The notes: generated by a model from the letters alone, not told the origin. Shown: positions 18,095 through 29,482, numbered from the stretch's first letter. The stretch is 64,000 nt of DNA from an uncultured virus (IMG/VR IMGVR_UViG_3300030104_003363) (IMGVR_UViG_3300030104_003363), one strand, 5' to 3'. Numbers and translations are program-made.

Positions 18095-18805
18095 GTGCTT
18101 CTGATAGATGACCGAGAAAACCCCAAAGTAATTAATAAGTTGTTGATGAGATTGGGCGAAGAAAATACCCAAGTTTTGCGTATGGCCTCATCAGATTATA
18201 GAATAGGCTCTTGGGGAATTGAGGCAAAAGAAATAAATGATTTGTATCGTAGTATTTTAGGTCTAGGTAGAAACGGTAGAACTATTGTACATCAATTAAG
18301 AGAACTACAAGAGGATTTTGATAATCCTATGCTAGTAGTTTATGGCACTAAACTAAAACCATATGTTCATAGTGCAGGTGGCAGACCGTCAGCAAAACAA
18401 ATAGCAGTAGAAATGGGTAGAATGAAAAAAGTAAACCAACAATTCAAAATGACATTTTACCAAAGATTCCCTAAAATTAAATATATGGAACTAACTACTA
18501 TGGATGACTTTGTAGAATGGTTGGTAATAAATCATACACAAACACAAGTAAAAGAGGCTACTGGACTTAATGTTATGGAAAAAGAAATACAGACATCGGC
18601 AGAAATAAGTAACTTAGACCCAAGAGTCGCTGCTTTATCTTCCCTTAAAGGTATTACACCGCAGAATGCAGAAGATTTGCTAAAGCAGTTTGGTAGCATA
18701 CCTAAATTATTGAGAACTAGAACTACGCAGAAATCTGTTATGGAAGTAAAAGGCATAGGTAGACTAAAGGCTCAAACTATATTAGGTCTTAGGGATTCTT
18801 ACTGA
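18095..18805 (+). CDS. ERCC4/XPF-family structure-specific nuclease with tandem HhH
   Basis: IDDRE, SDY, IEAKEINDL, C-terminal KGI / KGIG HhH motifs. Confidence 0.88.
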   Translation: MLLIDDRENPKVINKLLMRLGEENTQVLRMASSDYRIGSWGIEAKEINDLYRSILGLGRNGRTIVHQLRELQEDFDNPMLVVYGTKLKPYVHSAGGRPSAKQIAVEMGRMKKVNQQFKMTFYQRFPKIKYMELTTMDDFVEWLVINHTQTQVKEATGLNVMEKEIQTSAEISNLDPRVAALSSLKGITPQNAEDLLKQFGSIPKLLRTRTTQKSVMEVKGIGRLKAQTILGLRDSY

Positions 18806-21800
18806 ATACCAAAGCCACTAGAACTACTTTTAACAGGTGCAGTAGCCCTATTTAGTTTTACGTCAAGATTCTTTAGTAATACGCTATTTCTATCTGAGTC
18901 ATCATCTCCTGTCGCAGCCTTTCTTGTTATTTTTACCTCTAATTTATTACCGGATTCTATACCTGTCAATAATGTTTGTGGTATTAACTCTATGATTTTA
19001 TTATCGGTGTTAGTTTTTATGTAGCAGGTATTAGTTACGCTATTTCCTGTTTCTTTTACCGTAACAGTAGTGTATAGTATTGCTGTTTTATTTAAGGTAG
19101 AATTATTTGCGTGTGATATTTCCGCTTGTACTAGAATAGTTTTGTCTATAACATCTACGGGTATCACAAACTCTGTTTGTAGCGTAGACTCAAAGGTCGT
19201 AGTAGTAGAAGTCTCATTCAATAAATCAACTCTACCCTTACCCGCTAAAATATAGCCGTCAGAAGTAACAGAAGCGTTGCCACTTGCTGTTTGTACATCT
19301 ACATCCATACCTTCTACACCCTTCAAAATAGCAGGTACTCTAGGTGGTTTTTGTTGTCCTAAGATACTAAACTTAGAATTGTGGCTAAGATTATCATTCA
19401 TCAAAGACATTTTACCTCTTAGGTTTCTATATGCAGTCTTACTCATTTTATTTATACCTTGATTCGGGTCAAAGTCTAATCTATCAGCCCCACCTTTACC
19501 ATTATCGTCTGCTCCACCTGTGGGTAATTGTATACTTTGACTAATATTTTGTGAAGGCGTTGTCGGGGGTGGGGTTATTGTAGTTGTTTGTTCGGGTGCA
19601 GCAGGTACATATCCTCTTGAATCTTGGTTTCCTACCTGTCTACCTCTTCCGTTAGTAGGGAATAAGTAACCCATTACCCCACCACTTCTTAAAGATTCAT
19701 CTCTTTCTAACTTAAAAGAAACATTTTCCTTTTTACCTGCTGTTACATCCCACGAAACTTCTTGTATGGTTAAAGTAGTAGACGTATCTAAACCTATACC
19801 TGCATCAGTATATGAAACAAAAGTAGCGGGAATATAAGACAAATCATTAGTAATATTGATTCTTGGTGCATACCATTCATTTCTTTCTACGGTAAAACCA
19901 CCAAACATTTCTGAATATTCTCTACCACCAAGAGGGAAAATACTATTTGTATTTCCTGTTGTCAAAGTTATGCCTTGTATAGAGTTAGCGTTTTTTAAGA
20001 TATTAGCACTATCGGGGTCGCCACATCTATGACGTAGTAAAGCCCTACAATATTCTGCGTTAAAACTAACTACTATCTTAGCACTTGCTACCGCACCATA
20101 CCCACTAGGTATATCTATTTCATAAAACCCACTACGTTTTACATTCTTAGAAGTTACAGCAGATAAAGTAGGTGCTTTATCTCTATCATCAGCAAAACTA
20201 TAATCAGCAAGATGTATTGTAAACTCGCAATCATCTATTGTAGAAGTTTGGGTTTTTAATGATATAAAGACTCTTAGTGATTCTCCGGTAGTACTACTTA
20301 TTTTTGGGGTAAAATTAGGTACATGAACAACTTGTAAAGCATAACTAAGAGATTTAGAGCCATACCAATAATAGTTATCATCCCAAGCCACATCACTAGC
20401 AGTATGCGTAAACGCTGAGTTACCATATCTATTGTATATATCGGTAGAAGTTTTCATATTCCCATCTAATGCATTAGTCATACCGGAAAACAAAACACCA
20501 CCTGTACCTAATCTAGTCCAAGAGTTTCCTTTGTTAGTGTTACCGGAATCATAATCACCATAACCTTGTAGAGCGATTTGTGGGTCAGAAATATAACCAA
20601 ATCTACCACTTTCTATCATTTTGTGTTCTACCCCACCTTCTAATATAGGAGAAGCGGTAATACTCATGCGAGTTTCTTGATTTTGATTATAAGATTGTTT
20701 TGCTATAAACTCAGCCTCTACGCTAGAAGTAACACTAGGGTATTCTAAAACCTTCCAACGGCTAGTATCTGTAAGATTTGTAGCCGGATAATCTACAAAA
20801 GCCTGTGAATTATTGTAGTAAACACGAACATTCGTTATTTGACCTGCTACATCTGTTTTTAGATTAGATATTTTTAGATTTTCTCTAGTCAAAACTAAAC
20901 CACTATTATATTTAGGTCTATACTCAAATCTACCATCTCTACCCATGAGGTAAGAAAAGGTTGTTTTAAGGCCGTTTGTTGTGCCGAAGCCACTCTTAGA
21001 CCTAATATCATTTATCGTGGCTAGAATCGTCTTAGTACGGCTATCTACGGTACTTCCGTAAGTATCGTTGTTGGTAGTAGTACCGTCAGTAGTCATATTG
21101 GAAGTTATAGGTATATTATTTATATCAAAAGCACATGATAATCTAGTTTTAGGCAGCCAAGAATCCATGATAGCAGCAGACCATAATAATCTAAACTTAT
21201 CACTATCATAAAAACTACCACTATTCTCGCTTTTTACATCTCCTTTTACATTCATAACAAGCCTTAACATAAAATCACTATTAACAGTAGTATGAACTGC
21301 TATTGAAGATGCATCTACCGTGTTACCTGCTATTCTTATAGTTGTTTTTACCCCTAAATTATTATAGTTATTTATCCAACTACTTACATAATCATTCCAC
21401 AAATATTCTTCTAATGCGAATGGGGTTAGTTTTAAGGAATCACTAATACTTGTAGCAGATGTTAGATATACATTACTTAGTTGTACCGGAATTGTATAAT
21501 CATCTGTATTAGAAGAATCGGAAGTCCATGTACCACTAACAATTATTGTATCTTCGTCTACTACCGATAATACATTATGTCTTGTGGTGTTTGTAGTATT
21601 TTTTATAACCATACCGTTAGTAACCCCTTTTGTTACAAAGGTTTCTCCGGTCTTGGTAAGAGTTGTATTAGGTATAGGGAAACTAGAACTGTCCGAAGAA
21701 TCTACTGCTATCGCTGTGTTTTCTACTGCTGTGCCTAGTTTACCAGTCCAACAGAAATAAAACTCTTGAGTATCATCCGAACTTTCTAAATCTGCTGATA

Positions 21801-24800
21801 TTAATCCTGTGCCTCTATCTGAAAAATTAGATACATCTTCGACAGGTATTCCGGCATCACCACTAAATAACCCCTCATCTGCAAATGTAACGTCAGATAA
21901 CAACCTTCTTTCATTAGGGTGTGCAGTATAAGGAGAAGCAGTAGTTTTGTAAGATGAAATTGCTTCTGCATAGTAGTTGTCTATCAAAGCAGGGAATCCA
22001 TGTACCGTTGCTACATAATCGCCTAAGTCGCTACTACCACCGGAGATTTGCCCCGATTGACCTTTGTTCGCTAAAGTATTAAGGTTAAAGAAAGGCGACG
22101 AATCTATGACTAAAAATGCACCTGCCTTATCTTCCCAATCGTGATATTTAGTATTTGATTCTGATTCCGAGGCTGCTGCGGGTGCAATCATAACACTACC
22201 TACTACTGCATTAGTATTAGTACCTTCTGTAACCCCTTCTAAAGTAATAGTGCTTGAGCCACTAATAGACGCTATTTTGTAAGTTCCGTTGTAATGTAGA
22301 CTATTGTATATTGTAGCGTAAGAGCCTACTGTGTATCTTGATTCGGTAGCACCACTAACTACTAATTGATTTGACCCATATGTAATAGTTACTTCTTCCC
22401 CTAAAGAATAATCGGGAGTCTTAGAAAATGCAGCACCACTAACAGGTTCATTTGTAGCATCTACATTCCATATATCTATATCCTCTCCTACCTTCAAAGA
22501 TGCAAACTTATCTATGTTACCGTCTGTATCTGTTTGGTCTACATAATACAGAGATACATCGTAGTTTTCAGACGTAGGATAATTCAAACCAAAGTCTTGT
22601 TTCCTAAAACTACCATCTGCATCGGCTTTACCGTTATTTCTCATATCAGACCAAAGTAACCAAAGATGTTTGTAATCATCTGATATGTCTAATATATTTA
22701 CCATAGACCAAAGATGTGAACCAAAAGCAGCAGGGTTAAGATATGTAAAAGATTGAGTTATATATTTACATCCAACAAGATAATAATTACCGCCACTAGA
22801 TAAAATACCTTGATAAATAAACTTAGTTATATTACCATTATTAGGGTCTTTTATTTCTGCTACGCCACTTTTGTAATTACTTAACGCACTATAAAGAGTA
22901 GAAGTTATCTGTACTGTGGTAGCACTAACAGAAACATTTGCTTGTATAGCACAACTACCTATTATGTTTTCTTTTATGATACCGTAATGATATTTAAACC
23001 AAAGAGAATTAGGCAAATCTCTCATCCATCTAGCGTGTAAAACTCTATTTTCGGCAGCCGTGAAAGCCGAAGGAGCAGGTGTAAGTACGCCTCTATCGCT
23101 AGTCCATTCTTTTCTATCGTTACCTGTCTTAAGTCCTGTGTTACTTGTGTATGTACCGAACTCACCGGATGTATATGTTGTTGTTGTAGTTACGCACCAA
23201 ATATATGTACTACTTAAAGTAGAAGCATCATAGTAGTTCAAAGTTTTTTTAGTAGATGCGACAACGTGCCTACCGCTTTGTGTATTCTCTGCTGCACCAC
23301 CAATAGTTAATCTATTGACATAAAATACATCTCCCGAAGATAGTGCGGGGTCATCATCAAAGAAAAATGTAACATATTCTGATGTTGGGTCAGTAGATTG
23401 TGGGTACTGCGTAGCCACTAATATTTGCCAGTTACCATATTCTGTTATATTATCAGCAATAGTAGTGTCAAAATCTACACCTGTATATTTACCTGCGTAA
23501 ACTATACTTCCGTTGCCTATTTGACTAGCACCAAAAGGTAAATCAGTTTGTGAAAAACTTAGTGTGGTTGCCTGTGCATCTACGGGATTTATACCACTTG
23601 CGTTAAAATTATCTGAGCCACTTATAGTTATACTACTACTTGTAGTATATCCATGACCCGAAGGTACTTCAATAGTAGTTCTCTTAGTGCCAGTAACTAA
23701 AGTTTCGTGAAAAGTATCTAGGTTTATACCGTCGTATTCATCTTCTAAATTATTTGGTCCAGTAGTAGATTCGTTGTTGTACATCTGTATAGGATGACCT
23801 GAACCCAACTGCATTCTTTGATTAGATGTTTCTTCGTAAGAATCGTCTACGTCAAACCCTATATTACTACTTAATACTTTTAGCGGTAAAGTACCTAGAT
23901 TCATAATACTCTTAAAACCCTGTGCGTCATAAAGCCAATATTCTGTAACCGCATTTTCTGAATCATTTATACCCTTCTGTCCTATTTCCCAAAGAGGTAC
24001 TTGTCTATCTAGTAAGTTGATATTGTCGGTAGCAGAAAAATCTATTGTTCTGTTTCTACCTTTTTGGCTGATACTCATTGTATTTATTACACCTCTCCAA
24101 ACTGGTCTATCTATTCTAGCATTTGCACCTGCGAAAACTAACAAAGACCAATCAACAGGGGTAGAAGAAGAGAATATACTTTTAAGGTTTAACAAATAAT
24201 CTTGTTTTCTCATACCTAAGTTTAGGTTATCTGTCCCACCACTTTCATAACTAGGCATATCGTTGATTTCTAAACTAGCAGAAGAAAAACCATTTACGGG
24301 ATAAGTAATTTTTAGAGACTGTATAGGTGTCTCATAACTAGCATAATCTTCTGCATCTGTAAGATACCTAACTAGACCTACTCTGTCTACCATAAGTGTT
24401 GTAGAAGTACTACTACCGGATTTAGGTAGAAGTGTCAATTGGAAACCATACATATTTTCTGCTGTTCTTGTTTCATCAAACGCTGCACCCGTAACCTTTT
24501 TTTCTCCGTTAATATATACGTCATAAGTTTGTGCTGTGTAATCCATAACAAAATCAAAATCTATCCATGTATTATCATTAATAACATTTTGTGGTGTATT
24601 ATTACCTATGTATTCAAATCCTAAAGCATCATATTCTATTGTACTACCGCTATCTAAATCAATAGTTTTGCTTATTGCAGGGTTATTACTAAAACCGGAA
24701 GAAATACTGCTAGTAGGAAAATCAGTAGATTCAAAACCTAATTCAAAAAGTAGATTTAAGTCAATTTTACCATTGTTAGCAGTAGCACCGTTAAATGCCC

Positions 24801-25620
24801 TTGCTGCTATTCTTGCGGTAAAAGTATCTCCATCTAATTTACTATTCAAAGAACCCCTATAAATTAAAGTAGGTTTTCCGCTACTACTGTTGTATACAGA
24901 GCGATAAGTTTGTATAACCAAAAAAGGTTGTCCTGATGGAGATGTAACAGGAGCAAAAAGATTTTGTGGTGTAGTACTTGTTGCATCCCATGTACCGGAT
25001 TCTCCTAGTGTTTCTCCCATCCAAGTACCGACTAAATGTGCTCTTTGCATAAAATCTCCACTAGCGACTATTTCACCTGCTACCTTATCAACATAATTAG
25101 TAGTACCACCGGAATTGTAAAATGATTTCATGGCTGTTCTTCCAAGTGTAGAATCGTTATCGCCTGTACCTACATAGTATTTACCTAATGTATCGTATCC
25201 GTTAGTAAACAAAAGATAATCTTCTGATGATACAGCATTAAACTTATATCTATTTGCTACGTGTCCGTCGGGATATTGTAGTTGTGCTCTACCTTCCCAC
25301 TTCTCCGGTTTTTGTCTTGAAGAATCATAAGACAACCACTCAAACAAACCTTTGTTGCTAAGATACTGATTGCTAGTAGTACTTAAAAAATTACTGCCGT
25401 AACTACCTAGTCTATTTCTATCTGCTATACTAAATCTATATCTAGGATTTAAAGTAGCCTCTCCGTTCATAGGATTTCCAAAATGACTAGATGTTATACT
25501 ATAATCGCTTGTTGCACTAGGTGAATTGTTATCATCGGGTATAGCCCTAGCACTATTAAAGTCATCGTAGTAACCCGCAAGCCATACACCATAAATACTA
25601 GATACTTTCCTTACCACCAA
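18799..25620 (-). CDS. Large tail tip/baseplate hub protein (2273 aa)
   Basis: Directly downstream of tape measure; S/T/G-rich beta character; GRFEYRP...ITNVRVYY hub-like segment. Confidence 0.65.
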   Translation of the reverse strand: MVVRKVSSIYGVWLAGYYDDFNSARAIPDDNNSPSATSDYSITSSHFGNPMNGEATLNPRYRFSIADRNRLGSYGSNFLSTTSNQYLSNKGLFEWLSYDSSRQKPEKWEGRAQLQYPDGHVANRYKFNAVSSEDYLLFTNGYDTLGKYYVGTGDNDSTLGRTAMKSFYNSGGTTNYVDKVAGEIVASGDFMQRAHLVGTWMGETLGESGTWDATSTTPQNLFAPVTSPSGQPFLVIQTYRSVYNSSSGKPTLIYRGSLNSKLDGDTFTARIAARAFNGATANNGKIDLNLLFELGFESTDFPTSSISSGFSNNPAISKTIDLDSGSTIEYDALGFEYIGNNTPQNVINDNTWIDFDFVMDYTAQTYDVYINGEKKVTGAAFDETRTAENMYGFQLTLLPKSGSSTSTTLMVDRVGLVRYLTDAEDYASYETPIQSLKITYPVNGFSSASLEINDMPSYESGGTDNLNLGMRKQDYLLNLKSIFSSSTPVDWSLLVFAGANARIDRPVWRGVINTMSISQKGRNRTIDFSATDNINLLDRQVPLWEIGQKGINDSENAVTEYWLYDAQGFKSIMNLGTLPLKVLSSNIGFDVDDSYEETSNQRMQLGSGHPIQMYNNESTTGPNNLEDEYDGINLDTFHETLVTGTKRTTIEVPSGHGYTTSSSITISGSDNFNASGINPVDAQATTLSFSQTDLPFGASQIGNGSIVYAGKYTGVDFDTTIADNITEYGNWQILVATQYPQSTDPTSEYVTFFFDDDPALSSGDVFYVNRLTIGGAAENTQSGRHVVASTKKTLNYYDASTLSSTYIWCVTTTTTYTSGEFGTYTSNTGLKTGNDRKEWTSDRGVLTPAPSAFTAAENRVLHARWMRDLPNSLWFKYHYGIIKENIIGSCAIQANVSVSATTVQITSTLYSALSNYKSGVAEIKDPNNGNITKFIYQGILSSGGNYYLVGCKYITQSFTYLNPAAFGSHLWSMVNILDISDDYKHLWLLWSDMRNNGKADADGSFRKQDFGLNYPTSENYDVSLYYVDQTDTDGNIDKFASLKVGEDIDIWNVDATNEPVSGAAFSKTPDYSLGEEVTITYGSNQLVVSGATESRYTVGSYATIYNSLHYNGTYKIASISGSSTITLEGVTEGTNTNAVVGSVMIAPAAASESESNTKYHDWEDKAGAFLVIDSSPFFNLNTLANKGQSGQISGGSSDLGDYVATVHGFPALIDNYYAEAISSYKTTASPYTAHPNERRLLSDVTFADEGLFSGDAGIPVEDVSNFSDRGTGLISADLESSDDTQEFYFCWTGKLGTAVENTAIAVDSSDSSSFPIPNTTLTKTGETFVTKGVTNGMVIKNTTNTTRHNVLSVVDEDTIIVSGTWTSDSSNTDDYTIPVQLSNVYLTSATSISDSLKLTPFALEEYLWNDYVSSWINNYNNLGVKTTIRIAGNTVDASSIAVHTTVNSDFMLRLVMNVKGDVKSENSGSFYDSDKFRLLWSAAIMDSWLPKTRLSCAFDINNIPITSNMTTDGTTTNNDTYGSTVDSRTKTILATINDIRSKSGFGTTNGLKTTFSYLMGRDGRFEYRPKYNSGLVLTRENLKISNLKTDVAGQITNVRVYYNNSQAFVDYPATNLTDTSRWKVLEYPSVTSSVEAEFIAKQSYNQNQETRMSITASPILEGGVEHKMIESGRFGYISDPQIALQGYGDYDSGNTNKGNSWTRLGTGGVLFSGMTNALDGNMKTSTDIYNRYGNSAFTHTASDVAWDDNYYWYGSKSLSYALQVVHVPNFTPKISSTTGESLRVFISLKTQTSTIDDCEFTIHLADYSFADDRDKAPTLSAVTSKNVKRSGFYEIDIPSGYGAVASAKIVVSFNAEYCRALLRHRCGDPDSANILKNANSIQGITLTTGNTNSIFPLGGREYSEMFGGFTVERNEWYAPRINITNDLSYIPATFVSYTDAGIGLDTSTTLTIQEVSWDVTAGKKENVSFKLERDESLRSGGVMGYLFPTNGRGRQVGNQDSRGYVPAAPEQTTTITPPPTTPSQNISQSIQLPTGGADDNGKGGADRLDFDPNQGINKMSKTAYRNLRGKMSLMNDNLSHNSKFSILGQQKPPRVPAILKGVEGMDVDVQTASGNASVTSDGYILAGKGRVDLLNETSTTTTFESTLQTEFVIPVDVIDKTILVQAEISHANNSTLNKTAILYTTVTVKETGNSVTNTCYIKTNTDNKIIELIPQTLLTGIESGNKLEVKITRKAATGDDDSDRNSVLLKNLDVKLNRATAPVKSSSSGFGIQ

Positions 25621-25626
25621 ATCACC

Positions 25627-28600
25627 TCAAGAACTGCTAAGGCTCATTCCTCTTAGACCTGCCCCTCTTTCTATTTCATCTAATATTTGATTTGCTGCTT
25701 CGGTAGTAGTCATACCATTAAATGTATTAGTCATAATTACTTCTGTGGTAGTTATAAGAGTTTCCACTCCTTGTTGTACTACTTGTTTAACTAGATTTCC
25801 GGTTAAATTATTAGAGGAAAAACCGTAGAATAATTCTTCTCTAGCATTGGAAAACTCATGTAGTGCGTCAGACGCTTCGGTATAACCATCTACTACTATA
25901 CCTATTGCATCTCTTTCTGCCGTACTAAGTATTTCTAAACCGGACTTAACACCATCTATAAACGCTTCCCAATCTTCTAAACTTTCTATTCCTCTTTCTT
26001 GCATTAAAGAATATACCGCTTCGTTTTCTTTAGCGAAATCTACAAGGTCTTTTTCTGCATCTTTTAATTCACCTCTCCAATTAATTCCTTCAAATCTTTT
26101 TGCTCTTCTACCGAATAGTTGTTCAAAAGAACGAGGTATAATATCATCGGGATTTAATTTTTGTAATTCCTTTATATCATCTAAAGTACTAAAATAATTT
26201 TCTAGTGCTGCCGAATCAAAAGTACCTGCTTCTTCTTGTGCTATAATTTTTTGTGCCTTTTTAATATCTAAAAGACTTTGTTCCAAACCTAATTCTGTAT
26301 GTAGTTGTTCAATTCTTGCCTTAGTTACTGTATCTTCAAACTTAGCCAAACTTTGTAATTCTGCTTGTTTTTCTGTTATAGAAGTCGTAAGACTATCAAT
26401 AGTGTGTGATTCATCCTTTATCATATCTATTAATTCACTTGTACCTGCTTTGTATTTATCCATAGACTCTAAATCACTATCAAAATCTAAATTAGTTTCA
26501 TCTCCCATAATACCTAAAAACTCTAAAGCCTCAACAACAGCCATAGCCGCCAAACCTAAAGCCAAATACTGAGGTACTGCTGCCATAACAGCCCTACTAG
26601 ATGCTATGATTGATGTTGCGGCTGCCTTTGCACTCGCACCTACCGCAGCAAAAGAAACTGCTTGCGTTTGATTTGCTTTGATATTTACAGCAGTATTAAC
26701 AGTATCTTTTTTAGTAGCCTCGCTCTTTAATCTCATAGCGTTTAATTGCATTACCATAGCAGCAGTATTTAATACTATACCTATTCTCATACTTTTTTGT
26801 CCTTTACCAAACAACATAAAACCTGTACCTACCGCACCCATTTTCATAGTAAGGTTATTCATAGCACCTGCTTGTGCCGCAGTATCAGCAAGCATTTGTT
26901 TTCTGTTTTGCTCTCTTTCTATATCAACTGCTAGATTATGGCTACCTATTTTTGCCGTGAGTTCATCATATTCTGCACCTACTATCTGTAATACTTGTGC
27001 TGTGTTAAGTTGTTTTCTTGTATTAAAACCTATGGCTTGATTATTTCTTGCCAAAGCCCTTGATTCTCCATCAAGGGTTTTAATCTTTTTTTCTAGTTTT
27101 GCATCAACATCTAAAAGAATACTAGATTTTTTGGTTACGTTTTTTCTAGCCTGTTCCTGTCTTAATTTTTTATTAATTAATAATTGTTCCTTTGCTAAAT
27201 TAATCTCTTGTCTTTTTCCTAATATTTCTTGTTCTGTTGTATAAATTGATTTAATGTCTGCCATAGTTTTATCAACAATGGCTTGCTCTAATTTTTCAGT
27301 TTCAAAAGTCTGCATTTTTAGTTGGTCGGTTATATTCTGTACACTAGCAGCGTGGTGCATCATTTGTGCTGTACCTGTGGAATATGCTGCGGCTTTGTTA
27401 CCGTAGGCATCTTGGTTAATTAATTCATCACCAGACAAAGCCCTAACAACTGATTGGTATGTCCCCATAGCAACAGTAAGCATTTGTAGATTTACCATAG
27501 TATTAAACATTGGCCCTATTGCATTAGTAAATGTTTGGCCGAAACTAGCCATTTTACCTACTACCTGTCCTACACCACCACTACCTAAGAACATAGCGAT
27601 TTCTGCATTCAAATCCGCTTGTCTGTTTGTTGCTTCTGTTAAAGCAGGTATTAGTGAGTTACCGATAGCACCGGACATATTTTTAAGTCTTGCTTCTGCC
27701 TTTTCTAATTGGAATAAATCTGTTTGTCTCCTTCTATTTATTTCCTCTAAAGCGGGAGATAATCTCATAGTCGCTTCAAACTCTAACTCTAAAGCCCTGT
27801 TATAGTTTTCGCTTAACTTTAGGAATCTTGTATAGTGTCTGTTACCCGCTACTTTTTGAGCCAAAGCAGTCTTTTCTGAATCTTCTAAAGTGCCGTATAT
27901 TTTGTGTAAATCCCCCAGTATTTCTGAAAGACTTCTTAAGTTACCTTCTTCGTTTTTTGTAGCAATACCTAATTCGTGAAATGCGTCTGCTGCCCCGCTT
28001 GTATTAGCACCTAACCTAGCATATATCATACGCAAGGCTCTACCACCCTTACCTTGTTCCTCACCCGCTTCGATAAGAACAGCAGACTGAGCCGCCATAG
28101 CCGCTATACTTTCACCTGTAAGGTGAGCCTGTGATGCAAATTGATTCATAACGAAAGTTATTTGTTCCATAGTAGAAGCAGACCTGTTTTCAATTGTGTT
28201 AAGTTGGTCTAGTACCCTAATAGAGTTTTCTCTAATAGAATCTATTCTTTGTTGTTCGGTAGCATTTTCCAATATACCTTCGGTCATAAACTTAGTCTGT
28301 TGTTGTAAGTTAATCATACGCTGCATGGCCGCTTCTGTTTCCATGTTGCTTATCATACCGAATTGCATACCTACTTCTGTACCTATACCCATTGAACCTT
28401 GACCTAAAACACCTGTTAGTTGTGCCATTCTTGCGGCTGCTTGGAATGATTGGTCGGCTGAAAACCCAAAGTCTAAACCTGTTGCTTGTATTTCGTTTTG
28501 TACTTTAGCAGTATCTTCTGTTACATTAAGAAACTTTTCTAATTCTATTCTTGCCGTTTCTATTTCCCTAGCAATAGGAGTCATACTATTCATCATACCG

Positions 28601-28836
28601 GCAAACTGGTCGCCTATGGCTTGACCTGCCTCTTGTACACCACTAATAGCATCAAGCATAAGAGATTGAAAAACTACGCTTGCAGTTTTAGCATCTTTGA
28701 TTAATCTGTTTGCTTGGAACGTACCTACAACGTCGAAGAAAACCCTAGACGCACCGGCTCTAAGAACAAGTAAAGTAACAGCACAAACAATAGGTATAAA
28801 ACTTGTAAGATACCCTAAAACTAAATTATCTATCAT
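25627..28836 (-). CDS. Tail tape measure protein
   Basis: 1069-aa helical Ala-rich protein; GGRALRMIYARL...LGIAT...GNLRSL.EIL motif; follows tail chaperones. Confidence 0.9.
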   Translation of the reverse strand: MIDNLVLGYLTSFIPIVCAVTLLVLRAGASRVFFDVVGTFQANRLIKDAKTASVVFQSLMLDAISGVQEAGQAIGDQFAGMMNSMTPIAREIETARIELEKFLNVTEDTAKVQNEIQATGLDFGFSADQSFQAAARMAQLTGVLGQGSMGIGTEVGMQFGMISNMETEAAMQRMINLQQQTKFMTEGILENATEQQRIDSIRENSIRVLDQLNTIENRSASTMEQITFVMNQFASQAHLTGESIAAMAAQSAVLIEAGEEQGKGGRALRMIYARLGANTSGAADAFHELGIATKNEEGNLRSLSEILGDLHKIYGTLEDSEKTALAQKVAGNRHYTRFLKLSENYNRALELEFEATMRLSPALEEINRRRQTDLFQLEKAEARLKNMSGAIGNSLIPALTEATNRQADLNAEIAMFLGSGGVGQVVGKMASFGQTFTNAIGPMFNTMVNLQMLTVAMGTYQSVVRALSGDELINQDAYGNKAAAYSTGTAQMMHHAASVQNITDQLKMQTFETEKLEQAIVDKTMADIKSIYTTEQEILGKRQEINLAKEQLLINKKLRQEQARKNVTKKSSILLDVDAKLEKKIKTLDGESRALARNNQAIGFNTRKQLNTAQVLQIVGAEYDELTAKIGSHNLAVDIEREQNRKQMLADTAAQAGAMNNLTMKMGAVGTGFMLFGKGQKSMRIGIVLNTAAMVMQLNAMRLKSEATKKDTVNTAVNIKANQTQAVSFAAVGASAKAAATSIIASSRAVMAAVPQYLALGLAAMAVVEALEFLGIMGDETNLDFDSDLESMDKYKAGTSELIDMIKDESHTIDSLTTSITEKQAELQSLAKFEDTVTKARIEQLHTELGLEQSLLDIKKAQKIIAQEEAGTFDSAALENYFSTLDDIKELQKLNPDDIIPRSFEQLFGRRAKRFEGINWRGELKDAEKDLVDFAKENEAVYSLMQERGIESLEDWEAFIDGVKSGLEILSTAERDAIGIVVDGYTEASDALHEFSNAREELFYGFSSNNLTGNLVKQVVQQGVETLITTTEVIMTNTFNGMTTTEAANQILDEIERGAGLRGMSLSSS

Positions 28837-29150
28837 GCTGCACTATCTCCACTCTCACCCTTTATAGGCATTCCGCTATCCCTAATCGCTTGTAGTACAT
28901 CACCACCGTTTGATAAGTATTTTCGTTGCTCTCTCCTTTGGTTTCTACGTGCTACTGCGCCTTTAGCATCGGTCTTAGCATCTTTGGTTGCTTCGGATAT
29001 TTTATCGCTGATTTCTGCTGCCATAATCATGTCTAGTTGCATTTTATATGCTCCGCCCTCACCATCATATCTATCCCACAAATCAGAGGGTAATACCCCC
29101 TTATACGCCATACATAGAGAGGGGGCTACTCTAATAAAGTCTATAAAGGG
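28833..29150 (-). CDS. Tail assembly chaperone, frameshifted C-terminal part (gpT-like)
   Basis: Open in the -1 frame from slippery site CCCTTTA into MAYKGVLP... Confidence 0.75.
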   Translation of the reverse strand, partial: PFIDFIRVAPSLCMAYKGVLPSDLWDRYDGEGGAYKMQLDMIMAAEISDKISEATKDAKTDAKGAVARRNQRREQRKYLSNGGDVLQAIRDSGMPIKGESGDSAA

Positions 29151-29482
29151 ACTGCACCCTCTTCTGTATCTCCACGAACGAATTGTAATATTTCATTTAG
29201 TTCTTCAAATGTTAAATCATCTAAACTAATTTTTTCATCTAAGATGCAATTTGGCACCCATGCTTCTATTTGGTCGGTCATTCCCGCACCCATTTCATCT
29301 AACATACTAGCAAACTCTTCATTCTGTTCTTCGGTCCAATCAGTAGGTTCACCCGCATGACGCATTTTTCTAAATGCTTGTGCTTGTAGATTTGTAATTT
29401 TGAGTTTCGCCATTCCAGACGCTTGTTTAACCCATATTCTTGTTCCATCATTTAGTTCTATTTCTTTTTTTAGTACTGGCAT
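29141..29482 (-). CDS. Tail assembly chaperone (gpG-like)
   Basis: Between tail tube and tape measure; ends GTC CCT TTA TAG; GAGTGA SD before ATG 29482. Confidence 0.75.
   Translation of the reverse strand: MPVLKKEIELNDGTRIWVKQASGMAKLKITNLQAQAFRKMRHAGEPTDWTEEQNEEFASMLDEMGAGMTDQIEAWVPNCILDEKISLDDLTFEELNEILQFVRGDTEEGAVPL
29144..29150 (-). other. Programmed -1 ribosomal frameshift heptamer C CCT TTA
   Basis: X XXY YYZ pattern in correct phase just before the stop; -1 frame joins the next ORF. Confidence 0.8.
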
